Assembly: GCF_050696275.1 (NCBI RefSeq)
Contig: NZ_JBOGUT010000012.1
Span: forward strand, 8,186-72,185
Length of the DNA: 64,000 nucleotides
Source: Flavobacterium sp.
Lineage (GTDB): Bacteria; Bacteroidota; Bacteroidia; Flavobacteriales; Flavobacteriaceae
Direction: 5' to 3'
The notes under the pieces were generated by a model. It worked only from the letters and a program-made list of their open reading frames with translations. It ran no database searches and had not been told where the DNA came from. The position numbers and the translations under genes are program-made. Below, one piece after another: positions 9,285-17,637 of this stretch; within the stretch, counting starts at the first letter, position 1, and each line of letters opens with the position of its first letter.

Positions 9285-10202
9285 ATGCTAACACGCAAAT
9301 CCAAATTATTTCTGATGAAGATCCTCAGTTTGTTTTCTGTGGTTCGAGGTTATAATATTCCTATTATTGTTTTAGCACAGTATTTATCTTCCATTTTTAT
9401 ATTGGCTCCTGAAAGAAGAGCTTTGGATGTAATTCTTGATTGGAGGCTATTTATTATCGTTTTTGTTTCCACATTGACCATCGCTTCGGGTTATATCATT
9501 AACAATTTTTACGATTCGGAAAAAGATTTAATTAACCGTCCGAACAAATCAATGCTCGATCGTCTGGTAAGTCAGAAAACCAAATTGCAGGTGTATTTCG
9601 GACTGAATTTTATGGCAACGGTCTTAGCTTATATTATTTCTTTTCGCGCAGCTTTGTTTTTCGCGGTTTATATTTTCCTGATTTGGTTTTATTCGCACAA
9701 ACTCAAAAAATATCCAATCGTTGGGAATTTGACAGCTTCTTTGTTAGCTGTTTTGCCTTTTTTTGGGATTTTGCTGTATTTCAAAAATTTCTATAATGTG
9801 ATTTTTGCTCACGCCTCTTTTCTTCTCTTATTAATCTTAATTCGTGAAATGATCAAGGATTTGGAAAATATTAAAGGTGACATAGCGAATAATTACCAGA
9901 CAATTCCTGTTCGTTTTGGTGAAAAAACCTCAAAACAAATAATCACCTTTTTAACTGTTTCTACTGTAATTCCAATTTATATTTTAATTGAAAAGTATGA
10001 TGTGGGTTATATGGACATCTATTTTTATGTCAGTCTGATTGTGCTGATTTTGTTTTTGATGAAACTCTGGAAATCAGAAACGCATGTAGAATATGTACAA
10101 CTTCATAATATTCTTAAATCACTTATTGTAGCCGGTGTTTTCTGCATCGTGCTGATTGATCCTAATGTTTTGGTTCACGGAAGAGCCTTGCTAAAGATTT
10201 AA
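9285..10202 (+). CDS. UbiA-superfamily prenyltransferase, (di)geranylgeranylglyceryl-phosphate-synthase-like
   Basis: Polytopic hydrophobic protein. Asp-rich motifs NNFYDSEKDLINRPNK and IKDLENIKGD are characteristic of UbiA prenyltransferases. Lies directly downstream of mvaD-mvk. An alternative start at MKILSLF (9315) is possible. Confidence 0.8.
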   Translation: MLTRKSKLFLMKILSLFSVVRGYNIPIIVLAQYLSSIFILAPERRALDVILDWRLFIIVFVSTLTIASGYIINNFYDSEKDLINRPNKSMLDRLVSQKTKLQVYFGLNFMATVLAYIISFRAALFFAVYIFLIWFYSHKLKKYPIVGNLTASLLAVLPFFGILLYFKNFYNVIFAHASFLLLLILIREMIKDLENIKGDIANNYQTIPVRFGEKTSKQIITFLTVSTVIPIYILIEKYDVGYMDIYFYVSLIVLILFLMKLWKSETHVEYVQLHNILKSLIVAGVFCIVLIDPNVLVHGRALLKI

Positions 10203-10276
10203 ATTTTCATTTTTTTTTAAATTTAATGTAGAATTAAACAGAAATTTAAATTTTCCAAACTAAAATTTGAAATCAC

Positions 10277-10284
10277 TATCTTTG
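10277..10284 (+). promoter_or_regulatory. Bacteroidota -7 promoter box for the pseudouridine synthase gene
   Basis: TATCTTTG matches TAnnTTTG, 49 nt upstream of ATG 10334. Confidence 0.5.
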
Positions 10285-10333
10285 CACACTTGAAGCCATG
10301 TAGGCGGAACAGACAAAGTAAATTACAGAAGTT

Positions 10334-11239
10334 ATGAATAATTCAGGAGGCAATAAACGTGGTGGTTCAAGACCTAATAGCTCAAGACCAAGCTCTAATA
10401 AGCCTAAACCTGCTATGGCAAAGCGTGCGCAAGGGCCAAAAAAAGCAAAACCAACTACTAAAGTTGAAGAAAAGACAGTTGATAAAGTGGCTAAAAAGCC
10501 TAATCCAACAGCAAAAAGACCTAAAAATGACGGGGAAATCCGTTTAAATAAATATATCTCTAATTCAGGTGCCTGCTCTCGTCGTGACGCAGATATCTAT
10601 ATTCAGTCGGGTAATGTTAAGGTAAACGGGGTTCCGGTTACTGAAATGGGTTACATGGTTAAACCGGGAGACGTGGTTAATTTTGACGGAATGACACTAA
10701 TTCCGGAACGTAAAGAATACCTGTTGCTGAATAAACCGAAAAACTTTACCACTTCGTTTGATGAAAACGATATGAACAGAAATGTTGCCGAACTGGTTAG
10801 AGGTGCTACCAATGCAAAAATCCAAGCTGTAGGCAGAATGGATAAAAATACTACCGGATTGTTGTTGTTTACCAATGATACGGACATGATTAGAAAATTC
10901 AGTTTGCCAAACCAAAAGTCATCTAAAATCTATCAGGTTTCTTTAGATAAGAATTTAAAATTTGAAGATTTAGAAAAAATAGCTAGCGGAGTAACCTTGG
11001 ACGGGCATAGATTATTTGTTGAAGAAATCAGCTATATAGAAAATGAACCTAAAACGGAAATCGGCTTAAAATTACGTACTTCCAATGTAAAAGTGGTTCG
11101 TGCTATTTTTGAAAATTTCAAATACGATGTAATAAAAATTGACAGAGTTGCGTTTGCAGGTTTAACAAAGAAAAATTTACCTCGCGGAAATTGGCGTTTT
11201 CTTACAGAACAGGAAATAATTAATTTGAAAAACATCTAA
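10334..11239 (+). CDS. rluB: RsuA/RluB-family rRNA pseudouridine synthase with basic N-terminal extension
   Basis: S4 domain IRLNKYISNSGACSRRDADIYIQSGNVKVNG followed by the catalytic motif GRMDKNTTGLLLFTND. Preceded by ~68 aa of K/P/S-rich low complexity. Confidence 0.85.
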   Translation: MNNSGGNKRGGSRPNSSRPSSNKPKPAMAKRAQGPKKAKPTTKVEEKTVDKVAKKPNPTAKRPKNDGEIRLNKYISNSGACSRRDADIYIQSGNVKVNGVPVTEMGYMVKPGDVVNFDGMTLIPERKEYLLLNKPKNFTTSFDENDMNRNVAELVRGATNAKIQAVGRMDKNTTGLLLFTNDTDMIRKFSLPNQKSSKIYQVSLDKNLKFEDLEKIASGVTLDGHRLFVEEISYIENEPKTEIGLKLRTSNVKVVRAIFENFKYDVIKIDRVAFAGLTKKNLPRGNWRFLTEQEIINLKNI

Positions 11240-11311
11240 GTTTTATAACATAAACCTTATTACTATTCAAATTCCTGCTGATTTAAGTGGGAATTTCTTT
11301 TTAGATACAAT

Positions 11312-11674
11312 ATGACACCAGAACAATTACAATCGATAGCTTTCCGTTGGTTTGAAGCTTTCAACAACAAAGAATTGGAAAAATTACTGTCGCTTTATGA
11401 TGATGAAGCGCAACATTTTAGTCCGAAATTAAAAGTCAGACAACCGGAAACCAATGGTCTTGTGGTTGGAAAACAAGCAATGCGTACTTGGTGGCAGGAT
11501 GCTTTCGACAGACTGCCAACTTTATATTACAAGGTAACATCGCTCACGGCTAATTCGGATCGTGTTTTTATGGAATACATTCGGCAGGTAAATGACGAAG
11601 AAGATATGCTTGTGGCTGAAGTCCTGGAAGTGAGAAATGGCAAGATTACTTTTTCACGGGTCTATCACGGATAA
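11312..11674 (+). CDS. NTF2/SnoaL-like small protein
   Basis: 120 aa. N-terminal FRWFEAFNNKELEKLLSLYDDEA pattern typical of SnoaL-like NTF2 folds. A terminator follows. Confidence 0.6.
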   Translation: MTPEQLQSIAFRWFEAFNNKELEKLLSLYDDEAQHFSPKLKVRQPETNGLVVGKQAMRTWWQDAFDRLPTLYYKVTSLTANSDRVFMEYIRQVNDEEDMLVAEVLEVRNGKITFSRVYHG

Positions 11675-11701
11675 TTTCCTGATCGGACTTTGTGTTCCAA
11701 T

Positions 11702-11747
11702 AAAACCATTAAGCTTGACAAAAATGTTAAGTTTAATGGTTTTTTTA
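11702..11747 (+). terminator. Rho-independent terminator
   Basis: Stem CCATTAAGCTT/AAGTTTAATGG (one G-U) extended by A/T pairs, 12-nt loop, then T7. Confidence 0.65.
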
Positions 11748-11807
11748 TTTACAAATCATTCAATTTTATTAGATTTACTGTTCAAATTAGTCGAAACCAT
11801 TTAAATT

Positions 11808-13571
11808 ATGAAGAAAATAGTTGTTCTTTCACTGGCATTGTCATCATTGCTTTTTGTCAATTGTAAAAAGGAAAGTAGTATGCAGGATTTTAAATCATTA
11901 ACCGAAAATTATTTCAAAGAGAAAAATGCGCTAAATCCGCTTGATGCCACTTTGAATGGTTTTAATGAGTATAACGATCAACTACAGTTGGAAATGACTG
12001 ATGGTTACAGAAAAAAGCAAGGTGAGTTTTTTGATAAATACGAAAAACAACTTTCAGATATTGATGCGGAAAGCTTGTCTGCTGAAGAAAAAATCAGCTA
12101 TGAAATCATAAAATGGGAAACGGCTATTGGAAAGGATCTGTTAAAAGAGGAAACGAATCTAATGCCTATTCAACAGTTTTGGGGGACACACCTTACGATG
12201 TCTCAATTCGCAAGTGGAACTGCTGCTCAGCCGTTTAAAACAGAAAAAGATTACCGTAATTTTCTAAAAAGATTAGATGCTTATGCTGTCTGGGTAGACT
12301 CGGCAGAGGTGTACATGAGAAAAGGAATCAAAAAAGGGATAGTCTTGCCAAGAGCCTTGACTGAAAAAGTAATTCCGCAATTCCAGGATCAAATCACACC
12401 AAAAGTAGAAGACAATCTGTTTTATTCTGCTATAAAAACGATGCCGGCTGATTTTTCAGCTGATGTTAAAAGTGCTTTGGCGAAAGAATATGCAACCGCC
12501 ATCAATGAAAGACTAATGCCTCGTTACAAAAAAATGGCAGAATTCTTAAAGAACGAATATTTACCGGCTTCAAGAGCTACAAGTGGAATAGGTGGTTTGA
12601 CTAATGGAGCGTCTTTGTATGCTGCCTATGTAAAACAATGGACTACAACCGAGATGAAACCGGAAGAGATTCACGAATTGGGATTGAAAGAAGTGGCCAG
12701 ACTGAAAGCCGAAATGGAAAAGGTAAAAGAACAGGTTGGTTTTAAAGGAACAATTGTGGCCTTTTTTGACCATGTCCGTAATCGTAAAGAACTGATGCCG
12801 TTCAAAAAACCGGAAGAAGTAATCGCTAATTTTGAAGCCATTCATAAAAAAATTGAGCCGAGTGTAAATAAATTGTTTTCATTACAGCCTAAAACTCCTT
12901 TTGAAATCAGAAGAACAGAAGCATTTAGAGAAAATACAGCCAGTGCCGAATATGTTCAGGGAACAGCAGACGGAACTCGCCCTGGTATTTTCTACGTGCC
13001 AATTCCGGATGTGACTAAATACAACTATTATGGTGATGAAGATTTGTTTTTGCATGAAGCGATTCCTGGTCATCATTTCCAAATTTCTTTGCAGCAGGAA
13101 AATAAGGAATTGCCTGATTTCAGAAGATTCAACTGGTTTGGAGCTTACGGTGAAGGTTGGGCTTTATACACAGAAAGCTTAGGTAAGGAATTAGGATTGT
13201 ATACGGATCCGTACCAGTATTTCGGAATGTTAGGAAATGAAATGCACAGAGCTGTTCGTTTGGTAGTTGATACAGGTTTGCACAGCAAAGGCTGGACACG
13301 TGAGCAGGCTATCAAATACTCGTTGGAAAACGAAGCGGAAAGCGAAGCCAGTATCACTTCTGAAATAGAAAGATACATGGCTATTCCGGGGCAGGCATTG
13401 TCTTATAAAATAGGACAAATGAAAATTCTGGAATTGCGTCAAAAAGCAAAAGATAAAATGCAGGATAAATTCGATATCAAAGTTTTTCATCAAAAAGTAT
13501 TGGAATCAGGAGTGATGCCATTAGCATTATTGGAAAAGAAAATCAACGCCTGGATTGAAACCGGCAAATAA
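11808..13571 (+). CDS. DUF885-family lipoprotein (metallopeptidase-like)
   Basis: Lipobox LLFVNC. HEAIPGHHFQ motif and ~590-aa length typical of DUF885. Confidence 0.8.
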   Translation: MKKIVVLSLALSSLLFVNCKKESSMQDFKSLTENYFKEKNALNPLDATLNGFNEYNDQLQLEMTDGYRKKQGEFFDKYEKQLSDIDAESLSAEEKISYEIIKWETAIGKDLLKEETNLMPIQQFWGTHLTMSQFASGTAAQPFKTEKDYRNFLKRLDAYAVWVDSAEVYMRKGIKKGIVLPRALTEKVIPQFQDQITPKVEDNLFYSAIKTMPADFSADVKSALAKEYATAINERLMPRYKKMAEFLKNEYLPASRATSGIGGLTNGASLYAAYVKQWTTTEMKPEEIHELGLKEVARLKAEMEKVKEQVGFKGTIVAFFDHVRNRKELMPFKKPEEVIANFEAIHKKIEPSVNKLFSLQPKTPFEIRRTEAFRENTASAEYVQGTADGTRPGIFYVPIPDVTKYNYYGDEDLFLHEAIPGHHFQISLQQENKELPDFRRFNWFGAYGEGWALYTESLGKELGLYTDPYQYFGMLGNEMHRAVRLVVDTGLHSKGWTREQAIKYSLENEAESEASITSEIERYMAIPGQALSYKIGQMKILELRQKAKDKMQDKFDIKVFHQKVLESGVMPLALLEKKINAWIETGK

Positions 13572-13576
13572 TAATT

Positions 13577-13607
13577 TAAAAACGGGAAAGTAACTTCCCG
13601 TTTTTTT
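13577..13607 (+). terminator. Rho-independent terminator
   Basis: Stem ACGGGAA/TTCCCGT, 6-nt loop, followed by T7. Starts 6 nt after the stop at 13571. Confidence 0.75.
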
Positions 13608-13686
13608 ATGCTTTTTAATTTTAATTTTTTTAAGCCTGTCTTCCATCTTTGTGGGGCAAAATTTGTTAAAATTCATAAATGTGTTC

Positions 13687-13694
13687 TATTTTTG
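13687..13694 (+). promoter_or_regulatory. Possible -7 promoter box for the AsmA-like gene
   Basis: TATTTTTG matches TAnnTTTG but ends only 4 nt before ATG 13699. This would imply a leaderless or near-leaderless mRNA. Confidence 0.35.
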
Positions 13695-13698
13695 TACT

Positions 13699-16497
13699 AT
13701 GAAAAGTCGTTTTAAAAATATAGCAATCAAGGTTTTAAAAGTTTTAGGGATCTCAATAGGGGCCATTTTATTGATTTTATTTCTCGTACCGATAATTTTT
13801 CCGGGACAAATTGCAGAGAAAGTAAAAGACTTTGCCAATAAAAAGCTGGATGGGGAGCTTAACTTTAAGGAAGCAAATCTGTCTTTCTTTAATCACTTTC
13901 CGTCGCTGACACTTACATTAAATGACTTTTCACTAAAAGGTTCAGCGCCTTATAAGGACAAAATGTTGATCAAATCGGATGAAGTCGCTTTTGGAATAAA
14001 TGTGATAAGTCTGATCTTCGACAATGCCATAAAAATCGATAAAATCTTTGTTTCTAATGCCGAAATGAATGTTTTGGTCAACGAAAAAGGAGAAGCGAAT
14101 TACAACGTTTATATTTCAGACAAAACTGCCAAGAGCGATTCTACAGGCACTTCGCTGCGTTTGGAAAAAATAGACATAGAAAACAGCCATTTGGTTTACA
14201 ACGATAAATCGGCAAAAATTCTGATCGATGCCAAAGGGTTTAATTATGAAGGGAATGGTGATCTGAACAAAGCTATTTTCGATTTATATACCGAAGCCAA
14301 AATCGATTCTTTTGATTTTAGTTTCGGAGGAGAGGAATACCTCAAAAACAAAAAAGTGGATGCGGATTTAATAACACAAATCAACACGAATTCGCTTGCA
14401 TTCGTTTTTAGACAGAATAATTTGGTTATCAATAAATTACCAGTGGAGTTTTTAGGGAAATTGAATTTTCTCAAAAATGGTTATGATATTGATTTCAGTG
14501 CAAAATCAACTGACAGTAACCTGAATGATTTATTTACAGCACTGCCTCCTCAATACGTTGAATGGCTTGAAAAGACCAAAGTTCAAGGGAAAACAGACCT
14601 GATGCTTACTCTGAAAGGGAAATACAGCGCGGCAACAAACGCTAAACCGGATCTGGCTTTTGCCATGAATATCAGAAAAGGGTATATTTCGTACAAGGAA
14701 AGCCCATTCCCGACATCCAATATCGAAATGAAATTCAAAACAAAATTACCATCTCTAAACACGGAAAACCTGACTGTCGATCTGGATACGCTTTTTTTTA
14801 ATGTAGACAAGGATTTTCTGGGCGCCAAAATCCATTCGAAGGGGATGAAGAATATTGTTCTTTCAACGAGTTTAAAGTCAAAATTGGATTTATCAAAACT
14901 GGACCGTGCCTTGGGATTGGATAATATCGATTTGCAGGGCCTTTTTTCTGCAAATGTAAGTGCAAACGGCACCTATAGCCCAACTGGAAAATTGTTTCCC
15001 AAAGCGGATGGTTATGTTAATTTAGAAAATGGAAAATTAAAAACGGAGCATTATCCTAATCCAATCGAAAATATCCAGTTTAAAGGAAAAATAAAAAATA
15101 CGACCGGACTGTATAAGGATTTGAGCATCTCATTAACACCTGCTTCCTTTTCGTTTGAAGGGAATCCTATTTATATCCATGCTGTTTTATCGGATTTTAA
15201 TAACATAAATTATGATATTAAAGCCAAAGGAAATTTGGATGTAGGCAGAATCTATAAAGTTTTTGCGCAAAAAGGATTGAGTGTTAATGGTTTTATCAAA
15301 GCAGATGTTGCCTTCAAAGGAAAGCAAAGCGATGCGATTTCCGGGCAATACAATAAGTTGGACAACAAAGGAACGCTTGAGATAAAAAACATTGTGGCTG
15401 TCTCAAAGTATTTTCCAAAACCGTTTGTTATCAACGAAGGGAATTTTACGTTTGATCGTGATAAAATGTGGTTTAAAACGTTTACTGCAAATTACGGACA
15501 ATCTGATTTTGTATTGAATGGTTATCTTCAAAATGCGATAAATTTTGTATTGGCCGAAAAAGGAACTTTAAAAGGAACTTTTTCCGTTCACTCTAATTTC
15601 ATCAATGTAGATGAATTTATGGCCGGTGAAACTGGAGTCGAGAAGCCAAAATCTGCTTCAAAACCTGTTGGGAATACTACCAATGGAGTAGTTCTTTTGC
15701 CAATAAATACGGCGCTTTCACTTTCTGCTAATGCTAAAAAAGTAAGTTTTGAAGGGTTGAGTCTGGATAATTTAACGGGTAATATTGCAGTCGAAGAAGG
15801 GAAAATGAAATTGAGAAATACCTCTTTCGGACTTATCGGCAGTAAAATGATGATTGACGGTGTTTATGATGACGTGAACAGTAATAAAGCTAATTTTGAT
15901 CTGCGTTTTGCAGCCAAAGATTTTAATGTTAAAAAGGCGTATAATGAAATCCAGCTTTTTAAAGAATTGGTTTCAGCTGCGGAAAAAGCGGAAGGAATAA
16001 TTTCTGTCGATTATAAATTAAAAGGGGTTCTTGACGGAACAATGCAGCCAGTTATGCCTTCTTTACAGGGTGGCGGGGTTGTTTCTGTGAAAAAAGTAAA
16101 GATGAGAGGGTTCAAATTGTTGGGCGCTGTAGGTAAAAAAACAGGTTCTGAAGGAATCAATGATCCTGATTTGAGTGAATTTGATATTAAATCGTCAATT
16201 AAAAATAATGTAATCACTGTTGAAGAAACGAAAGTGAAAGTAGCCTTGTTCCGACTTAAATTCAGCGGAGAAACAAACTTCGGAGGACAATTGAATTTAA
16301 GAATGCGCCTCGGATTGCCTCCGTTAGGAATAATTGGGATTCCGGTTGTGATTACAGGAACCCATGAAAATCCGATAGTAAAAACGTTCAGTAAAACAGG
16401 TAAAGAGGTCGAAAAAACAGAATTTATTGAAGGAGAAAAGACTCCAGCTACTCCAACAGGAAAAGATTCAAAACCCGAAGACTCTAAGAAGCCATAA
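13699..16497 (+). CDS. AsmA-family envelope protein
   Basis: N-terminal membrane anchor ISIGAILLILFLVPIIF, a long beta-rich repetitive body and an AsmA-like C-terminal region. ATG 13699 is preferred over the upstream GTG 13651 used in the ORF track. Confidence 0.7.
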   Translation: MKSRFKNIAIKVLKVLGISIGAILLILFLVPIIFPGQIAEKVKDFANKKLDGELNFKEANLSFFNHFPSLTLTLNDFSLKGSAPYKDKMLIKSDEVAFGINVISLIFDNAIKIDKIFVSNAEMNVLVNEKGEANYNVYISDKTAKSDSTGTSLRLEKIDIENSHLVYNDKSAKILIDAKGFNYEGNGDLNKAIFDLYTEAKIDSFDFSFGGEEYLKNKKVDADLITQINTNSLAFVFRQNNLVINKLPVEFLGKLNFLKNGYDIDFSAKSTDSNLNDLFTALPPQYVEWLEKTKVQGKTDLMLTLKGKYSAATNAKPDLAFAMNIRKGYISYKESPFPTSNIEMKFKTKLPSLNTENLTVDLDTLFFNVDKDFLGAKIHSKGMKNIVLSTSLKSKLDLSKLDRALGLDNIDLQGLFSANVSANGTYSPTGKLFPKADGYVNLENGKLKTEHYPNPIENIQFKGKIKNTTGLYKDLSISLTPASFSFEGNPIYIHAVLSDFNNINYDIKAKGNLDVGRIYKVFAQKGLSVNGFIKADVAFKGKQSDAISGQYNKLDNKGTLEIKNIVAVSKYFPKPFVINEGNFTFDRDKMWFKTFTANYGQSDFVLNGYLQNAINFVLAEKGTLKGTFSVHSNFINVDEFMAGETGVEKPKSASKPVGNTTNGVVLLPINTALSLSANAKKVSFEGLSLDNLTGNIAVEEGKMKLRNTSFGLIGSKMMIDGVYDDVNSNKANFDLRFAAKDFNVKKAYNEIQLFKELVSAAEKAEGIISVDYKLKGVLDGTMQPVMPSLQGGGVVSVKKVKMRGFKLLGAVGKKTGSEGINDPDLSEFDIKSSIKNNVITVEETKVKVALFRLKFSGETNFGGQLNLRMRLGLPPLGIIGIPVVITGTHENPIVKTFSKTGKEVEKTEFIEGEKTPATPTGKDSKPEDSKKP

Positions 16498-16500
16498 ACA

Positions 16501-16523
16501 GGTTGTAGTTGCAGCCTTTTTTT
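16501..16523 (+). terminator. Weak rho-independent terminator candidate
   Basis: GGTTGT/GCAGCC 6-bp stem (two G-U pairs), loop AGTT, then T7. Lies immediately after the AsmA-like stop. Confidence 0.4.
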
Positions 16524-16690
16524 CGTGTGCTTCCAGTTTTCGAATATTTATTTTATTTCAATCTTAGCTTGCTTATTATTTGTGGGATTGGATAAAATTG
16601 AATTAAGTCAAAATGTAGAGCAGTGCAGTGTTTATGAGCCGTTAAGACCGTTTAGGTATTTATGAAGTGATTTATAACACTTGAGAGTAT

Positions 16691-16720
16691 AAAACAAAAA
16701 ACCCACTCGTTTGAGTGGGT
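16691..16720 (-). terminator. Rho-independent terminator of tRNA-Phe (hairpin is bidirectional)
   Basis: Stem ACCCACTC/GAGTGGGT, loop GTTT. On the minus strand it is followed by TTTTTGTTTT. Lies 10 nt downstream of the tRNA 3' end. Confidence 0.75.
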
Positions 16721-16730
16721 TTTTTAACAG

Positions 16731-16803
16731 TGGTGCCTCCAGGAATCGAACCAGGGACACATGGATTTTCAGTCCATTGCTCTACCAACTGAGCTAAGGC
16801 ACC
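16731..16803 (-). tRNA. tRNA-Phe (anticodon GAA)
   Basis: Reverse complement is GGTGCCT-TA-GCTC-AGTTGGTA-GAGC-A-ATGGA-CTGAAAA-TCCAT-GTGTC-CCTGG-TTCGATT-CCTGG-AGGCACC-A. Full cloverleaf with a 7-bp acceptor stem and GAA anticodon. One U-U mismatch in the centre of the T stem. CCA is not encoded. Confidence 0.95.
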
Positions 16804-16819
16804 TTTGCTGTTGCGGGTG

Positions 16820-16827
16820 CAAATATA
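16820..16827 (-). promoter_or_regulatory. Bacteroidota -7 promoter box for tRNA-Phe
   Basis: The minus strand reads TATATTTG (TAnnTTTG), 16 nt upstream of the mature tRNA 5' end. Confidence 0.55.
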
Positions 16828-16875
16828 GAACCATTTTTCATTTATCCAAAACAAATTTTTAAAAAAATCTATTCG

Positions 16876-16883
16876 TAACTTTG
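16876..16883 (+). promoter_or_regulatory. Bacteroidota -7 promoter box for coaX
   Basis: TAACTTTG matches TAnnTTTG, 19 nt upstream of ATG 16903. Confidence 0.5.
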
Positions 16884-16902
16884 GCTAATCAAAATTTACT
16901 CC

Positions 16903-17637
16903 ATGATTTTAACTGTCGACGTAGGGAATACCAGAATTAAAAGCGCTGTATTTGAGAATGATACGCTTGTTGAGATGTCGGTTTTTCCAAATGAAAATTT
17001 TTCAGACACCATTGAAAATATTTTAAAAAAATTTCCAAAAATCACTGTTTTGGCAGTTGCATCTGTCGGAAAACAGGAAAAAGAGGCCTTTAAATTATTT
17101 TCAAATAGAGTAAAAATTTACTTTATAGACCGGGAAAAGCCTTTTCCTTTTATAAATAAGTATGCTACTCCTCATACTTTGGGTATCGATCGTATGGTTT
17201 TGGCGGCTGGTGCTGTTTTGCAATTCCCTGGGCAAAACAGATTGGTCATTGATGCAGGAACTTGTGTAACCTATGATTTTATCGACAAAAATAACACCTA
17301 TCATGGCGGAGCTATTTCGCCGGGGACCCGATTGCGATATGAAGCTATGCATAATTTTACGGCAAAACTGCCACTATTAACTATAGAAAATCCTGAGAAT
17401 ATAATAGGAAACACAACAAATCAATCCATGCATTCGGGTGTGATTAACGGGTTGGCTTTTGAAATTGACGGCTATATTGATGCGTTAAAAAGTGAAAATG
17501 AAAACTTTATCATAATTTTAACTGGTGGTGACGCTAATTTTTTGGCTAAACGATTAAAAAATACCATATTTGCCAATTCAAATTTTCTTTTGGAGAGTTT
17601 GAACAATCTTTATCTATATCAAATCAAAAATGATTAA
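16903..17637 (+). CDS. coaX: Type III pantothenate kinase
   Basis: MILTVDVGNTRIK N-terminus, the GIDR motif and ~245-aa length typical of CoaX. 8-bp overlap with the next gene. Confidence 0.9.
   Translation: MILTVDVGNTRIKSAVFENDTLVEMSVFPNENFSDTIENILKKFPKITVLAVASVGKQEKEAFKLFSNRVKIYFIDREKPFPFINKYATPHTLGIDRMVLAAGAVLQFPGQNRLVIDAGTCVTYDFIDKNNTYHGGAISPGTRLRYEAMHNFTAKLPLLTIENPENIIGNTTNQSMHSGVINGLAFEIDGYIDALKSENENFIIILTGGDANFLAKRLKNTIFANSNFLLESLNNLYLYQIKND

Noticed and set aside
13651-13698. GTG start at 13651 for the AsmA-like gene
   Set aside because: The 16-codon extension (MGQNLLKFINVFYFCT) precedes the obvious MKSRFKN... basic-then-hydrophobic anchor and contains the -7-like box. ATG 13699 is preferred, though not proven.
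16672-16854. 60-codon ORF on the minus strand
   Set aside because: It is entirely explained by tRNA-Phe (16731-16803) and its terminator. The peptide (...GALAQLVEQWTENPCVPGSIPGG...) is the classic spurious translation of a tRNA gene.
16498-16902. tRNA-Phe as a possible integration hotspot or genomic-island boundary
   Set aside because: There is no integrase, no duplicated tRNA 3' segment and no compositional shift on either side. The tRNA is flanked within ~230 bp and ~100 bp by ordinary core genes (AsmA-like, coaX).
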